From: a bacterium
Lineage (GTDB): Bacteria > Zhuqueibacterota > Zhuqueibacteria > Residuimicrobiales > Krinioviventaceae
NCBI GenBank assembly: GCA_963674595.2
Contig: CAXXFV010000015.1
Location: 256,001 to 320,000 of the forward strand
Direction: 5' to 3'
Length of the DNA stretch: 64,000 bases
Shown here: in pieces, positions 37,634 to 47,248 of the stretch
Numbering within the stretch: position 1 is the first letter of the stretch
How the letters are laid out: each line of letters opens with the position of its first letter
Translations under genes and position numbers: made by a program
The notes under the pieces: model-generated
The model's input: the letters and a program-made list of their open reading frames with translations, nothing else
What the model was told of the DNA's origin: nothing
Database searches by the model: none

Positions 37634-37715
37634 GTTCTGTTTTCCTACGCTGGTATTATCCAGTTCAGGTCCAAAGGATATAATCTCAGGTCTTTCGACC
37701 ACTCCTAACCGAAAA
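37634..37715 (-). ncRNA. TPP riboswitch (THI element)
   Basis: Minus strand reads AGGAGTG-GTCGAAAGAC-CTGAGA...GGACCTGAACTGGATAATACCAGCGTAGGAA, upstream of thi genes. Confidence 0.95.
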
Positions 37716-37775
37716 AGAATATAAAAAAGAAATGAATACAGGTCAACTGTTATTTCACGTCTTTTGAAAAAGACG

Positions 37776-40007
37776 TCAACTGCAACTAAAATCAGGGTGA
37801 ATGGATTTTTCTAAAAAGACGTAAACATCACCCATTTCCATATTCAGATCATGTTGTTGTGCGAGTTTGTTGCCTTGCAGTTCAACCATTGGTTTGTGTA
37901 AAATAAGAGACCGTTTACCGGATGATGTGGCAACTATCATAATGGCATCTTCCGTTCCTGCAACCTGGTCCGCTCTATCGCTCCATAGATTCACACTGGC
38001 TTCACCTGCCAGCCAGCGCAGGATTTCAACAGGCACAGGCGCTGTGCCGACATAAACAGACGTCCAGCCGTTCATTTGTTTTTTAGCAAAGGCAATAGAA
38101 TTATCGTCCTGCCATACACCCAGTATTGTACAATCTGAATTTATCACGGAAAATCGTGGTGCTCTTTGTTCATCGATGCCAAAGAGAGAGGGAATGTTTT
38201 CCGTATATGATTGAATTGCCGGTCGAATGAACAACGATTTGGGATTATTATTAACAGAGAAAGAAAAGCCCGTTAATTTTTGCATCTGTTCTAGATTAAT
38301 TCCGTTTGGATGAACAAATCCCGGGGCGTAATACCAGACAACCGTTGTTTGGCTGTTTTCAAGCATATTATGTATGTGGTTTATTTCATGTTCGTCCATA
38401 TAAAAATGGTTGATCATCAGTAAAAGCTGATATTTTTTCATGTCTGATTTTCCAAGATCAAAGCGATACATGAAATCCACGGGCGCTCCTATCCGATGAA
38501 TCGCCCTGACCTGGGCGTCCATATACCAGTGGCTAAAAAAGTCCATATTATGAGAACCTTTTTTAAAGGGGGCCTCTGCTTGCCAGTAGCGTGTTACAAA
38601 GTAACTTTTGGCGTCATAAATTGCAGCTATTTCGGAGCAGGATGACAAATTCCGCGTTTTGATAAATTGACCTGTTTTAATAAACAGGGTTAAAAGTTTT
38701 TTGATGCTTTTTTCGTCAAACCAGCTTTTATTAAGAGATACAGCCGGTCCGAAATCAAACAACCAGCCGCCGTTGCCTTTTACAAACTGTTGGGCCATGT
38801 CCCGTTTTAAAATTTTTAGGGTCCCTTCTCTGGTGTCACAACCGGTACCGCCAATTTTATAAAACTCACGGTCTATATCATGAATATCCGGCTCATTTGG
38901 AGATTGCGGCCATTTTTGTAAATAGGTGCTTGCATCCAGTTCCACAAAATACATTTTGTTGTGTCTTTTTAATGATTCCAGCAAAACGCGGTACCCTCCG
39001 TCGCCGGCGACACCCCGTGACCTTCCCAGCCAATTATCAGCATCATCGTAAACATCATGTTCCCATGCTGGTTTGTCGGGTTTATTAGTCGTTTGATAGG
39101 AATAGGGACTGGCCAGAAAATCAATGTCCGGGCAGTTTAAGATGATTTCCGGGGCCAAATGCCCGCCGTCATGCATCCATACATTTTCCAGTTGATAACC
39201 GTAAAACACACCACATAAAACACGATTTTTTGTTTTTTCTTTCAAGAGTCGGGCAAGCTTGATAATTGTGCCGGCACAAATTTCTTTATGAAATTTTTTA
39301 TAATATTGTATGACTTCTGTTTCCTGGGCCGGATCACGAAAGAGTCCACAAGAGGTATATAACCTTTTTTCCAATGTGGGGACGTAGCCGATTTTTTCTT
39401 TCATTGCATCACTAAAATCAGGAACAAATTCGGAAAGAAAATAGTGCCATTCGCCATAAATACCAGCACCGATTTGATAACCGATGATACGGTCAGCATA
39501 ATCTGATGATTCAAAATGTTCAAGGAAACTGGAAAATAATGTTAACATATCGCCCTGCCACTGGTTGGAGGCGAATGATGGTTCCTGTGTTTGAATGCCC
39601 CATAACCAGCCGCCCTCTTTATTTTCTCGTACAGGACGATATTGCCGGTCATCTTTGGGTTTGGTTGGTAAAGCACATTTTATCAATTCATGCGGATATT
39701 TTTCTTTCCACCATAAAGGCACATCAAAAAGGATTCGGGGAAGAAATAGGGCGTTGGGATCTGTTTTTAACAGATTTTTAAGTAAAGTTTCAAATGCTGT
39801 AAAGTTATAATGGTCCGGATTTTCCCAGGCTTTATTCATACCAAATACAGGATGTAAAAGATGGATATTTAATTCTTTAAACACCTGTCCGCTTTTTTTG
39901 AAACTCCAGCTCCATGCCAGCAAGGGGTAAACAGATTGGTTGTTAATAACCAATTCAGGTGCACCATTTATATTCCTGATGAAATTTTTTGTTTTTGAGA
40001 TATCCAT
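37776..40007 (-). CDS. Putative glycoside hydrolase (GH42/beta-galactosidase-like architecture)
   Basis: PSFAS..W, IIGYQIGAG.YGEW and DFLASPYSY; C-terminal GATase-like trimerisation-type region; divergent from an SSS gene. Confidence 0.6.
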   Translation of the reverse strand: MDISKTKNFIRNINGAPELVINNQSVYPLLAWSWSFKKSGQVFKELNIHLLHPVFGMNKAWENPDHYNFTAFETLLKNLLKTDPNALFLPRILFDVPLWWKEKYPHELIKCALPTKPKDDRQYRPVRENKEGGWLWGIQTQEPSFASNQWQGDMLTLFSSFLEHFESSDYADRIIGYQIGAGIYGEWHYFLSEFVPDFSDAMKEKIGYVPTLEKRLYTSCGLFRDPAQETEVIQYYKKFHKEICAGTIIKLARLLKEKTKNRVLCGVFYGYQLENVWMHDGGHLAPEIILNCPDIDFLASPYSYQTTNKPDKPAWEHDVYDDADNWLGRSRGVAGDGGYRVLLESLKRHNKMYFVELDASTYLQKWPQSPNEPDIHDIDREFYKIGGTGCDTREGTLKILKRDMAQQFVKGNGGWLFDFGPAVSLNKSWFDEKSIKKLLTLFIKTGQFIKTRNLSSCSEIAAIYDAKSYFVTRYWQAEAPFKKGSHNMDFFSHWYMDAQVRAIHRIGAPVDFMYRFDLGKSDMKKYQLLLMINHFYMDEHEINHIHNMLENSQTTVVWYYAPGFVHPNGINLEQMQKLTGFSFSVNNNPKSLFIRPAIQSYTENIPSLFGIDEQRAPRFSVINSDCTILGVWQDDNSIAFAKKQMNGWTSVYVGTAPVPVEILRWLAGEASVNLWSDRADQVAGTEDAIMIVATSSGKRSLILHKPMVELQGNKLAQQHDLNMEMGDVYVFLEKSIHPDFSCS

Positions 40008-40183
40008 ACGCCTTTTTACTCCTTTTTATTCGATATGGTAATATAATAAAGTTAAAATTTTTTAAAAATGTTGCGTAAATAAATTTTTAATAATATATTA
40101 AAAACTAAAATCCATCCAGGTTGTGGTGTTATGTCCTGAAACGTTCATACTTTTTACCGAATCCGAATTGCAGAGGAGTGCAG

Positions 40184-42139
40184 ATGAGTTACCTAAGTAC
40201 AATGGATTATGCTATTATTCTGATCTATCTGTCGATTTTAATAGGTCTGGGATTTTATCTTGCAAAAAAAGCATCGAACAATTTGAATGAATATTTTTTA
40301 GGTGGGCATAAAATTCCCTGGTGGGCAATGGGCCTTTCGGGAATGGCTTCCTGGCTGGACATTGCAGGAACAATGCTTATTATTTCTTTTATTTTTATGC
40401 TGGGACCCCGTGGACTATATATTGAATTTCGTGGCGGTGTGGGTCTTGTTCTCATTTTTACGCTTTTGTGGACAGGCAAGTGGCATTATCGCTCCGGATG
40501 TATGACCGGTGCAGAGTGGATGGAGTATCGGTTCGGTAGTGGTATTGGTGGACAAGCGGCCAGGATCATGTCTGCTGTTGCACGTATTGTATTAACTATT
40601 GGTTTACTGTCTTATATGATTACAGGTGTTGGGTTGTTTTTGTCCACGTTTTTACCTTTTTCGCCTTTAACCTGTTCTATTATAATGATCGGTGTGGCCA
40701 CAATTTACACCTTGTGTTCCGGTTTTTATGGTGTGGTTTATACGGATATATTTCAGTCTGTTATTATTATGTCAGCCACAATTTTAATAATTGTTTTGGC
40801 TGTTTCTAAAATAGCCAGCCCTGAACAATTGTCACACTTGGCTACCGAAATTACCGGTAATTCACAATGGACCAGTTCTGCGCTTCACTGGAAAACATCC
40901 ATGCCGGCGGGTTATGAAGCTTATCAATATTTAATGTTTTTTGCTATATTTTATCTTTTAAGAAATGTATTGGGTGGAATGGGTGTTGGTGATGATCCCA
41001 AGTATTTTGGCGCCCGAAATGAACGAGAGTGTGGAACACTTTCCTTTTTATGGGGAACCTGTATGGTTGTCCGTTGGCCGTTGATTATGGGAATTTCAAT
41101 TCTGGGATTGTATTTGATGAAGGACTTGTTCCCCGATCAGGGCATATTGTTACAGGCTGCTGAGTTGATAAAATCCTATTTTCCGGATGTAACAAAATCC
41201 GAATGGACAACCTTGTTATCAAGTATTCAGAATGCGCCGCAAAATTATTCAAAGGAGCTCATTTCAGGACTTGAAGGTTTGTTTCATAGCGGCTGGAAGG
41301 AAAGGCTGCTGTTAATAGGGTACGAGGGTGGAGTAAATCCGGAACGTGTAATGCCGGCGGTTCTTTTTTATGTTATTCCTTATGGAACCCGAGGTTTATT
41401 ATTGGTGGCTTTACTCGCTGCATCCATGTCAACATTTGATTCCACAGTTAATTCTGCAACAGCTTTTTTTACACGTGATATTTATCAACGATATTTAAGG
41501 CCAAAGGCAAAAAACAGAGAGCTTATAAATATTTCTTATGTTTTTATTATATTGATGGTTGCTAGTGCATTTTTTATGGCAGAAACCATTAAAAGCATCA
41601 ATGATATTTGGGGATGGATTGCCATGGGATTAACAGCGGGCATGATTATTCCAAATTTTCTTAGATTTTACTGGTGGCGGTTTAACGGAACCGGGTTTGC
41701 TTTGGGAATGATTATCGGTATGCTGGGTGCTTTTATCCAACGGGCCCTATGGCCGGATTTGGTGGAATGGCAGATGTTTCTTATACTGATATTTATAGGG
41801 CTTACCGGATCAATTGTAGCTTCTTTACTGACCTCTCCCACAGACGATAAAACATTGTGGCATTTTTATCAAACAACGCGTCCCTTTGGATTATGGGGGC
41901 GTTATAAAAAACGATTGCCGGAAAATGTTCGCACCAGGATGGAAAAAGAACACAAAAATGATTTATTGGCTGTACCCTTTACATTTTTATGGAATGTAAC
42001 ACTGTTGCTTTTACCGATGCAGCTTTTAATCCGTACGTATAAATCATTTTTTATAACATTGTCTATTTTTCTTTTTGCTCTTGGTGGTATGTACTGGTTT
42101 TGGTACAGGCATTTACCGCCGGCAGAAGAAAAACAGTAA
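40184..42139 (+). CDS. Sodium:solute symporter family transporter
   Basis: YFLGG.KIPWW, TGAEWM..RFG, GVVYTD.FQ and LAASMSTFDS; ATG at 40184 after GAGGAG. Confidence 0.92.
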   Translation: MSYLSTMDYAIILIYLSILIGLGFYLAKKASNNLNEYFLGGHKIPWWAMGLSGMASWLDIAGTMLIISFIFMLGPRGLYIEFRGGVGLVLIFTLLWTGKWHYRSGCMTGAEWMEYRFGSGIGGQAARIMSAVARIVLTIGLLSYMITGVGLFLSTFLPFSPLTCSIIMIGVATIYTLCSGFYGVVYTDIFQSVIIMSATILIIVLAVSKIASPEQLSHLATEITGNSQWTSSALHWKTSMPAGYEAYQYLMFFAIFYLLRNVLGGMGVGDDPKYFGARNERECGTLSFLWGTCMVVRWPLIMGISILGLYLMKDLFPDQGILLQAAELIKSYFPDVTKSEWTTLLSSIQNAPQNYSKELISGLEGLFHSGWKERLLLIGYEGGVNPERVMPAVLFYVIPYGTRGLLLVALLAASMSTFDSTVNSATAFFTRDIYQRYLRPKAKNRELINISYVFIILMVASAFFMAETIKSINDIWGWIAMGLTAGMIIPNFLRFYWWRFNGTGFALGMIIGMLGAFIQRALWPDLVEWQMFLILIFIGLTGSIVASLLTSPTDDKTLWHFYQTTRPFGLWGRYKKRLPENVRTRMEKEHKNDLLAVPFTFLWNVTLLLLPMQLLIRTYKSFFITLSIFLFALGGMYWFWYRHLPPAEEKQ

Positions 42140-42172
42140 TTTTAAATTAAACTGTAATACGAATCTCGTTTT

Positions 42173-44140
42173 TTAATCTGTTTCGACTTGAAAGGTTGCT
42201 TTGGCAACTTTAGATTCTTCGTCCGTTAAAATACGATCAATGTCCAGTAATACCCGGACATGCTGATGACTTTTTGCAATAGCAAGAATGTAATCCGTAT
42301 TTGTATTGACGCCAAAGGATGGAGTGTCTTCCAAATCGTTGACTTTGATGTCAGATATATCTGAAACGGCATCAACAATGACACCTACTTGCACACTGCT
42401 GCCATTTGTGCCGATTTCCAGGATAACAATGACACTTCTGTCTGTATATTCAAATTCCTGCATACCCAAACGAAGTCTTAAATCGATTACCGGAATGATT
42501 CTGTTGCGTAAATTTATCATACCTTTTACTGACGGGGGCGCTTTGGGTATTTTTCGGATCGGCATGAGTCCTATAATTTCGCGGATTTTAAGAATATCAA
42601 TACCGAATTGTTGTTCGCCAAGGAGCAACGTTAAATATTTACCTTCTTTATTAATTAACGATTTGTCACGTTGATCAACACTGGCTGAAGCGCTGCGTGA
42701 AAGCAATTCTCCAACAGCATCTGACGATGTAAGCAGTTGTGTTTTTTTACGGCCGATTTCAGTTTTTATATTTGCGGCATTGGCAAATCGCAGGTCTACA
42801 AATTCTTCCAGATCTATTAAATTTCCTATTCCCATCTGATCGTGCATGTAATGCTGGATTTTATCCAGATCTTCAATGGATGGATACAAGTTATCGGTTT
42901 TAATCCCTTTTGGTTCAGTTAATACATTTTTAAGTAAAGGAACTTTAAGACCAAGTGAGCCGTCCGGGTCTAAGAATTGAACAGCGATTTCAGCAGACAT
43001 GGAAGGTTTTTCTGCAATAAAATTTCCGGCGGTAACCAGCATTTTTGTGAATTCATAAACCGCTGCTTCGTGTTTATTAATGAAATCTTTTTGCATGGTT
43101 ACAACACAACAGGGATGTTGATCCCAAATTTCACTTGATAAAAATTGTAATTCGGCAATCCCGGATGCGATCGCTTTTGTTCCAAGCGGTTCAGCTACGA
43201 GGTAACCACAGGCATTTGGATTGGCTCCTAAAAATTCCGGCATTTTAACCGGCGGAGCAACTTCAAAACTGACATCGACTCCTTTTTGTCCGACTACTCC
43301 GGGTTGAAGGCCGATTCCCTTAAAAAAGATATGTCCCAGCATATTATGAATGGACATTGTATGAGGAATATAAAAGGATTTATTTCTATAAAAGTTTTGA
43401 TAAGGTTCAGAAAATTCGCCGCCTTTTTTATTACGGACTGAGATACTGCCGTTTCGGTGGGCAAATAATATAAGACTTAACGGTACGTTATAGCTGAACA
43501 GGTCCATAGCGATGGGCGCCAATACACATGCCCCGTCTATAGCCCCGTTTTCCAAAGCATCCGAAACAGGATTCCAACTGGACATGCACATTGTTTCCAG
43601 CTCAAAATGTTGAGGATTTAGCTCTCCGGTTTCAATCAAATGTTTTAATACACCAAGTACAAGATGGTCGGTGATCTGTATATGGCCAATACGCATAACA
43701 ACTTTGCCGGACTTGCCGTATTCTGTTTGTCGGCTGACCTGTTTTTCTTTGGTTTTTTTACCAAATGCTTCTTCAATTTTTTCACTTAACTCTTTGGCGT
43801 TAAATGGTTTGGATATAAAGCTGCTTACTCCGGCTTCTGATGCTTTGTTCATTTCCTTCCGTTCGCCGCGTCCTGTTGCCATAATGAAAGGGATATGTTT
43901 TGTTGATTCGTTTTTCCGAATCCAAACCAACAAATCATATCCGCTTACATTCGGCATATTCCAGTCACTGATAACGAGATCAAAATTAGGATTTTTGCCA
44001 AGTAATGTTATTGCCTCATCACCATCTTTTGCTTCGGTAATTTTATTAAAGCCTAATGTTTGAAGAGTTTTTGCCTCCATTTTAAGCATAACGGCTGCAT
44101 CTTCAACTAAAAGTATGCTTATACCATTGTCAACCGGCAT
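42173..44140 (-). CDS. Fusion protein: CheY-like receiver + NrtA/CmpA-type substrate-binding domain + CheW
   Basis: LVED/SDWNMP/KPF receiver; IGHIQITDH, SW..V..AL, AEP and HPCCV binding-protein motifs; FGIDI..IREII...GMINLR..IIPVIDLR CheW domain. Confidence 0.9.
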   Translation of the reverse strand: MPVDNGISILLVEDAAVMLKMEAKTLQTLGFNKITEAKDGDEAITLLGKNPNFDLVISDWNMPNVSGYDLLVWIRKNESTKHIPFIMATGRGERKEMNKASEAGVSSFISKPFNAKELSEKIEEAFGKKTKEKQVSRQTEYGKSGKVVMRIGHIQITDHLVLGVLKHLIETGELNPQHFELETMCMSSWNPVSDALENGAIDGACVLAPIAMDLFSYNVPLSLILFAHRNGSISVRNKKGGEFSEPYQNFYRNKSFYIPHTMSIHNMLGHIFFKGIGLQPGVVGQKGVDVSFEVAPPVKMPEFLGANPNACGYLVAEPLGTKAIASGIAELQFLSSEIWDQHPCCVVTMQKDFINKHEAAVYEFTKMLVTAGNFIAEKPSMSAEIAVQFLDPDGSLGLKVPLLKNVLTEPKGIKTDNLYPSIEDLDKIQHYMHDQMGIGNLIDLEEFVDLRFANAANIKTEIGRKKTQLLTSSDAVGELLSRSASASVDQRDKSLINKEGKYLTLLLGEQQFGIDILKIREIIGLMPIRKIPKAPPSVKGMINLRNRIIPVIDLRLRLGMQEFEYTDRSVIVILEIGTNGSSVQVGVIVDAVSDISDIKVNDLEDTPSFGVNTNTDYILAIAKSHQHVRVLLDIDRILTDEESKVAKATFQVETD

Positions 44141-44162
44141 TTACTGTCCTCCACAATCTTTT

Positions 44163-44801
44163 TTATTGGTCTTCTACTGTCTCATTGTCCGTTTCATATT
44201 CATCAAGGCGTTCCATAATATATTGCTGTGTGTCCAGAACAAGCTGTGGTAACTTTCCACCAAACATTTGTGCCACTTCTGAATATGCCTGATTTATATA
44301 GCCTTTTACATAATCGACATCTATGGGTCCATTTGGATTTTTAGGAACCCAAATATCAAGAATTCGTTGTGCCGTTTTTTCTACCCCAAAATATTCCGGT
44401 ACAATACCATTTTGTACTTTTTCCCAATCTTCAGAATTATTGGCGAAATAATCACCCAGTCCGATAGGATCGGTTTCTTCTCCAATATATTTGGAAGCTT
44501 CGACAAGTCCTTTTTCAAGCTCTGGAAATGCTTCGGTTCCATTGAGTGCTCTATAAAGTAATGTATATGTTTGACGCCAGATTTGTTGTCGAATCTCTTC
44601 TTTGTCAGCAATCTTTTTCTCTTCTTCATTTTGTAAAGCTTCAGTTTTTGAAATCATCGTTCCTTGGGCATCATATCTGTCTGTTTGTTTCTTTTGCGCA
44701 ACTGAATCTTTAGTATATTCGGATTTCTCATTTTTTTGCTTTTTTTGAAGAGCTTGTTTTTCATAATCCGGCTGAACTGAGGAAATGGATGATATGTCCA
44801 T
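44163..44801 (-). CDS. Hypothetical protein, DUF5610-like C-terminus
   Basis: PEYFGVEKTAQRILD...AY.EV..MFGG.LP; ATG at 44801 after AGGAG; 22 bp upstream of the CheW fusion. Confidence 0.6.
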   Translation of the reverse strand: MDISSISSVQPDYEKQALQKKQKNEKSEYTKDSVAQKKQTDRYDAQGTMISKTEALQNEEEKKIADKEEIRQQIWRQTYTLLYRALNGTEAFPELEKGLVEASKYIGEETDPIGLGDYFANNSEDWEKVQNGIVPEYFGVEKTAQRILDIWVPKNPNGPIDVDYVKGYINQAYSEVAQMFGGKLPQLVLDTQQYIMERLDEYETDNETVEDQ

Positions 44802-44907
44802 AATATTAGCTCCTAAATTGCTCAATATAATTGCTTATATACCTGGTTGCCTTTTTGTATATTTATTGTTTTTGGTTGAGATTATTTAAATTAATCATGA
44901 GAGTACC

Positions 44908-44923
44908 AGCAAAATAAATGCCA
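44908..44923 (-). promoter_or_regulatory. Sigma-54 (-24/-12) promoter
   Basis: Minus strand TGGCATTTATTTTGCT matches TGGCAC-N5-TTGCW with exact GG-N10-GC spacing, about 105 nt upstream of the ATG. Confidence 0.75.
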
Positions 44924-45186
44924 TTATTTCCATGTTTTTTGAAATTTAACGATTTTTATGCATTGTAATATATTGTTTTTTATAATTATATTTAAGTGGT
45001 TAATTGATGTGTATGCAAAATATTGAAAAAGTGGCGAGAAAAGGGGATAACGTGTTTATTTAAACGGACAATTTTTTCTGCATCTGTGTCTTTTTGCAAT
45101 CCGGCACATTCTTCCTCCCGGATGGGCCTCTGTTAAATGGAGAATATAATAAGATGCTCTCTTTCTCTTCCTAAAAATTTAGAACA

Positions 45187-45204
45187 TTTTACAATAGTTT
45201 TACA
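45187..45204 (+). promoter_or_regulatory. Tandem box TTTTACA-N4-TTTTACA upstream of the hemolysin-III gene
   Basis: TTTTACAATAGTTTTACA, 20 nt before an extended -10-like TATATT (45225-45230, preceded by TG). Confidence 0.6.
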
Positions 45205-45265
45205 GTACCTTAAAAATATTCTGCTATATTACTAGGTTTAAATATGAACCACATAGGAGATTTTT

Positions 45266-45907
45266 ATGAAACTCAAGTTACGGGAACCGGTCAATGGCTG
45301 GACACATTTTATTGCTGCACTTTTTTCAATTTTGGGATTGGTTTTATTATTAAATCGTGATTATATAACAAATACCATTTGGCACAACATTTCCTTTTCA
45401 ATTTTCAGTGGGGCAATGATTTTATTATATGTATTTAGCACGCTATATCACTGGTTGTCTTTGTCAAAAAAGAACATACAAATATTTAGAAGAATCGACC
45501 ATATTATGATTTTTATTTTTATTGCGGCGACCTACACACCTGTTTGTTTGATTGTTTTGAAAGGAGCATGGGGATGGTCGATTTTTGGTGTTGTTTGGTT
45601 TACGGCTTTGGCCGGTCTGTTTTTAAAACTTTTTTGGCTGAATGCCCCCCGGTTTTTATATACGTTAATATATGTATTGATGGGGTGGATTATTGTAGTC
45701 GGCATTTGGCCGCTTGCTCATATACTTGCAAAAAACGGTTTGATTTTAATGATAACCGGTGGTGTGTTATACACAACCGGCGCGCTTGTTTATGCCTTTA
45801 AATGGCCGAATCCGAAGCCGGGTATTGCCGGATTTCATGAAATATTTCATGTTTTCATTGTTCTTGGTAGTTTTGCCCACTATATAATGATGTATTTTTA
45901 CGTTTAG
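45266..45907 (+). CDS. PAQR / hemolysin III family membrane protein (TrhA/YqfA-like)
   Basis: EPVNGWTH, STLYH, DHIMIF..IAATYTP and HEIFHVF. Confidence 0.93.
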   Translation: MKLKLREPVNGWTHFIAALFSILGLVLLLNRDYITNTIWHNISFSIFSGAMILLYVFSTLYHWLSLSKKNIQIFRRIDHIMIFIFIAATYTPVCLIVLKGAWGWSIFGVVWFTALAGLFLKLFWLNAPRFLYTLIYVLMGWIIVVGIWPLAHILAKNGLILMITGGVLYTTGALVYAFKWPNPKPGIAGFHEIFHVFIVLGSFAHYIMMYFYV

Positions 45908-46044
45908 ATTTTTTTTATTGAATCCTGCAAAATGATACACCCTGAAAAAATATAATTGATCCTGCTTGTGTCATTTCAAAACTCTTGATACATTTCAAAA
46001 GATTGTATATTAATATTTTTATTTACCCTGTCATGGAGGCCATT

Positions 46045-47238
46045 ATGATGACCAAAATTTTATGGGGTTGTTGCACAGTGTTATGCGTTGCATTTTTATT
46101 TTGTGACGATGATAATCCGGCGGAATCTAATGAAAATCTAATCAAAGCATCAGAGGGAGGAACGCTTTCAACAGAAAACGGTATTTCGTTAATTATACCT
46201 CCCGATGCACTGGAAAAGGACACAGAAATTACGCTCACTCCTCTGGACGGCAGTGCTTTTGATGCATCAGCGGTTATTGGTGTCAAGCTGGGACCGGATG
46301 GTTTGGTGTTTAAACTACCTGTTCTGTTAAGATTCCCCTTACCGGCTGATTGGCCTGAAAATGAATTGCCGGCGATTTATGAAGCGCCAGGCACAAATCC
46401 ACAGGATTTTATGCTCACCGGTTTAGCCGCCGGTTTAACCGGGTCTGTCGGCAAGTACAAGGCTGAACTTGAACTGGAGCATTTTACCTCCATTGCCATG
46501 GCCCGTAATTGTCACATGGGCGCCATGACCTATCTAATGAGGCAGTTTGAACAATATGGATGCGATATCGATATAATGACCAATCAAGTACGATTGAAAC
46601 ATGGGAACAAGTTTTCTGTCGATCCTTTTGGCAACCAGCCGGGTGAGTATACAACCGGTAATGTTTCCATGCAATGTTTTTTAGATTACTATTTTGATAA
46701 TGCACGCGGATTCGAAGAGTATGAACAAGTATCGCAAAGTTTTTTAGACAGACTGGAAGGATATATGAAATGGGACGAAAAAGAGATTGTTGTTGCTTTT
46801 AATACAAAATGGGAGGATAATAATTCCGACGGTTTTTATGATGGATTTGCTCATTCGGCTGTTTTGGAGATCGTTAATGGTGAGTTAAAACTGCGCCAGA
46901 GTGTTAGCGCTAAAGACAGTGTTATTGATAAACTCGTTGCGAAAAATGGTGATAATGTTTTTTATTATCCGCAAAGTGGTTCGTTAACAGCCGAACAATT
47001 AAACAGTTTTAGACAGTTAAAATCCGGAGTTGGTGTGGAAATGGAATTGTGCGGAACACCGGGTTGTTTGTTTAAACATAAACTGGAAAACAGGGCAACA
47101 CCCTATAAAGCGATTCGGTTTTATGTGTCAAAATACACACATGATGATAATCCCTGCAATCCCGGTCAGACCTGCATTCAGATTGCCTATCCATTGTCGC
47201 CAGAAGAATCCGTTTTTGACGAGTCATTTCAACCGTGA
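46045..47238 (+). CDS. Putative lipoprotein with ZU5-like domain and uncharacterised C-terminal domain
   Basis: GGAGG RBS; signal ending FLFC; GGTL...SLIIPPDAL...GPDGLVF..PV.L...HFT ZU5-type motif. Confidence 0.7.
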   Translation: MMTKILWGCCTVLCVAFLFCDDDNPAESNENLIKASEGGTLSTENGISLIIPPDALEKDTEITLTPLDGSAFDASAVIGVKLGPDGLVFKLPVLLRFPLPADWPENELPAIYEAPGTNPQDFMLTGLAAGLTGSVGKYKAELELEHFTSIAMARNCHMGAMTYLMRQFEQYGCDIDIMTNQVRLKHGNKFSVDPFGNQPGEYTTGNVSMQCFLDYYFDNARGFEEYEQVSQSFLDRLEGYMKWDEKEIVVAFNTKWEDNNSDGFYDGFAHSAVLEIVNGELKLRQSVSAKDSVIDKLVAKNGDNVFYYPQSGSLTAEQLNSFRQLKSGVGVEMELCGTPGCLFKHKLENRATPYKAIRFYVSKYTHDDNPCNPGQTCIQIAYPLSPEESVFDESFQP

Positions 47239-47248
47239 TTTTATAACA

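Noticed and set aside
45266-45907. Hemolysin toxin
   Set aside because: This is a PAQR-family membrane protein; the family name does not imply a secreted toxin.
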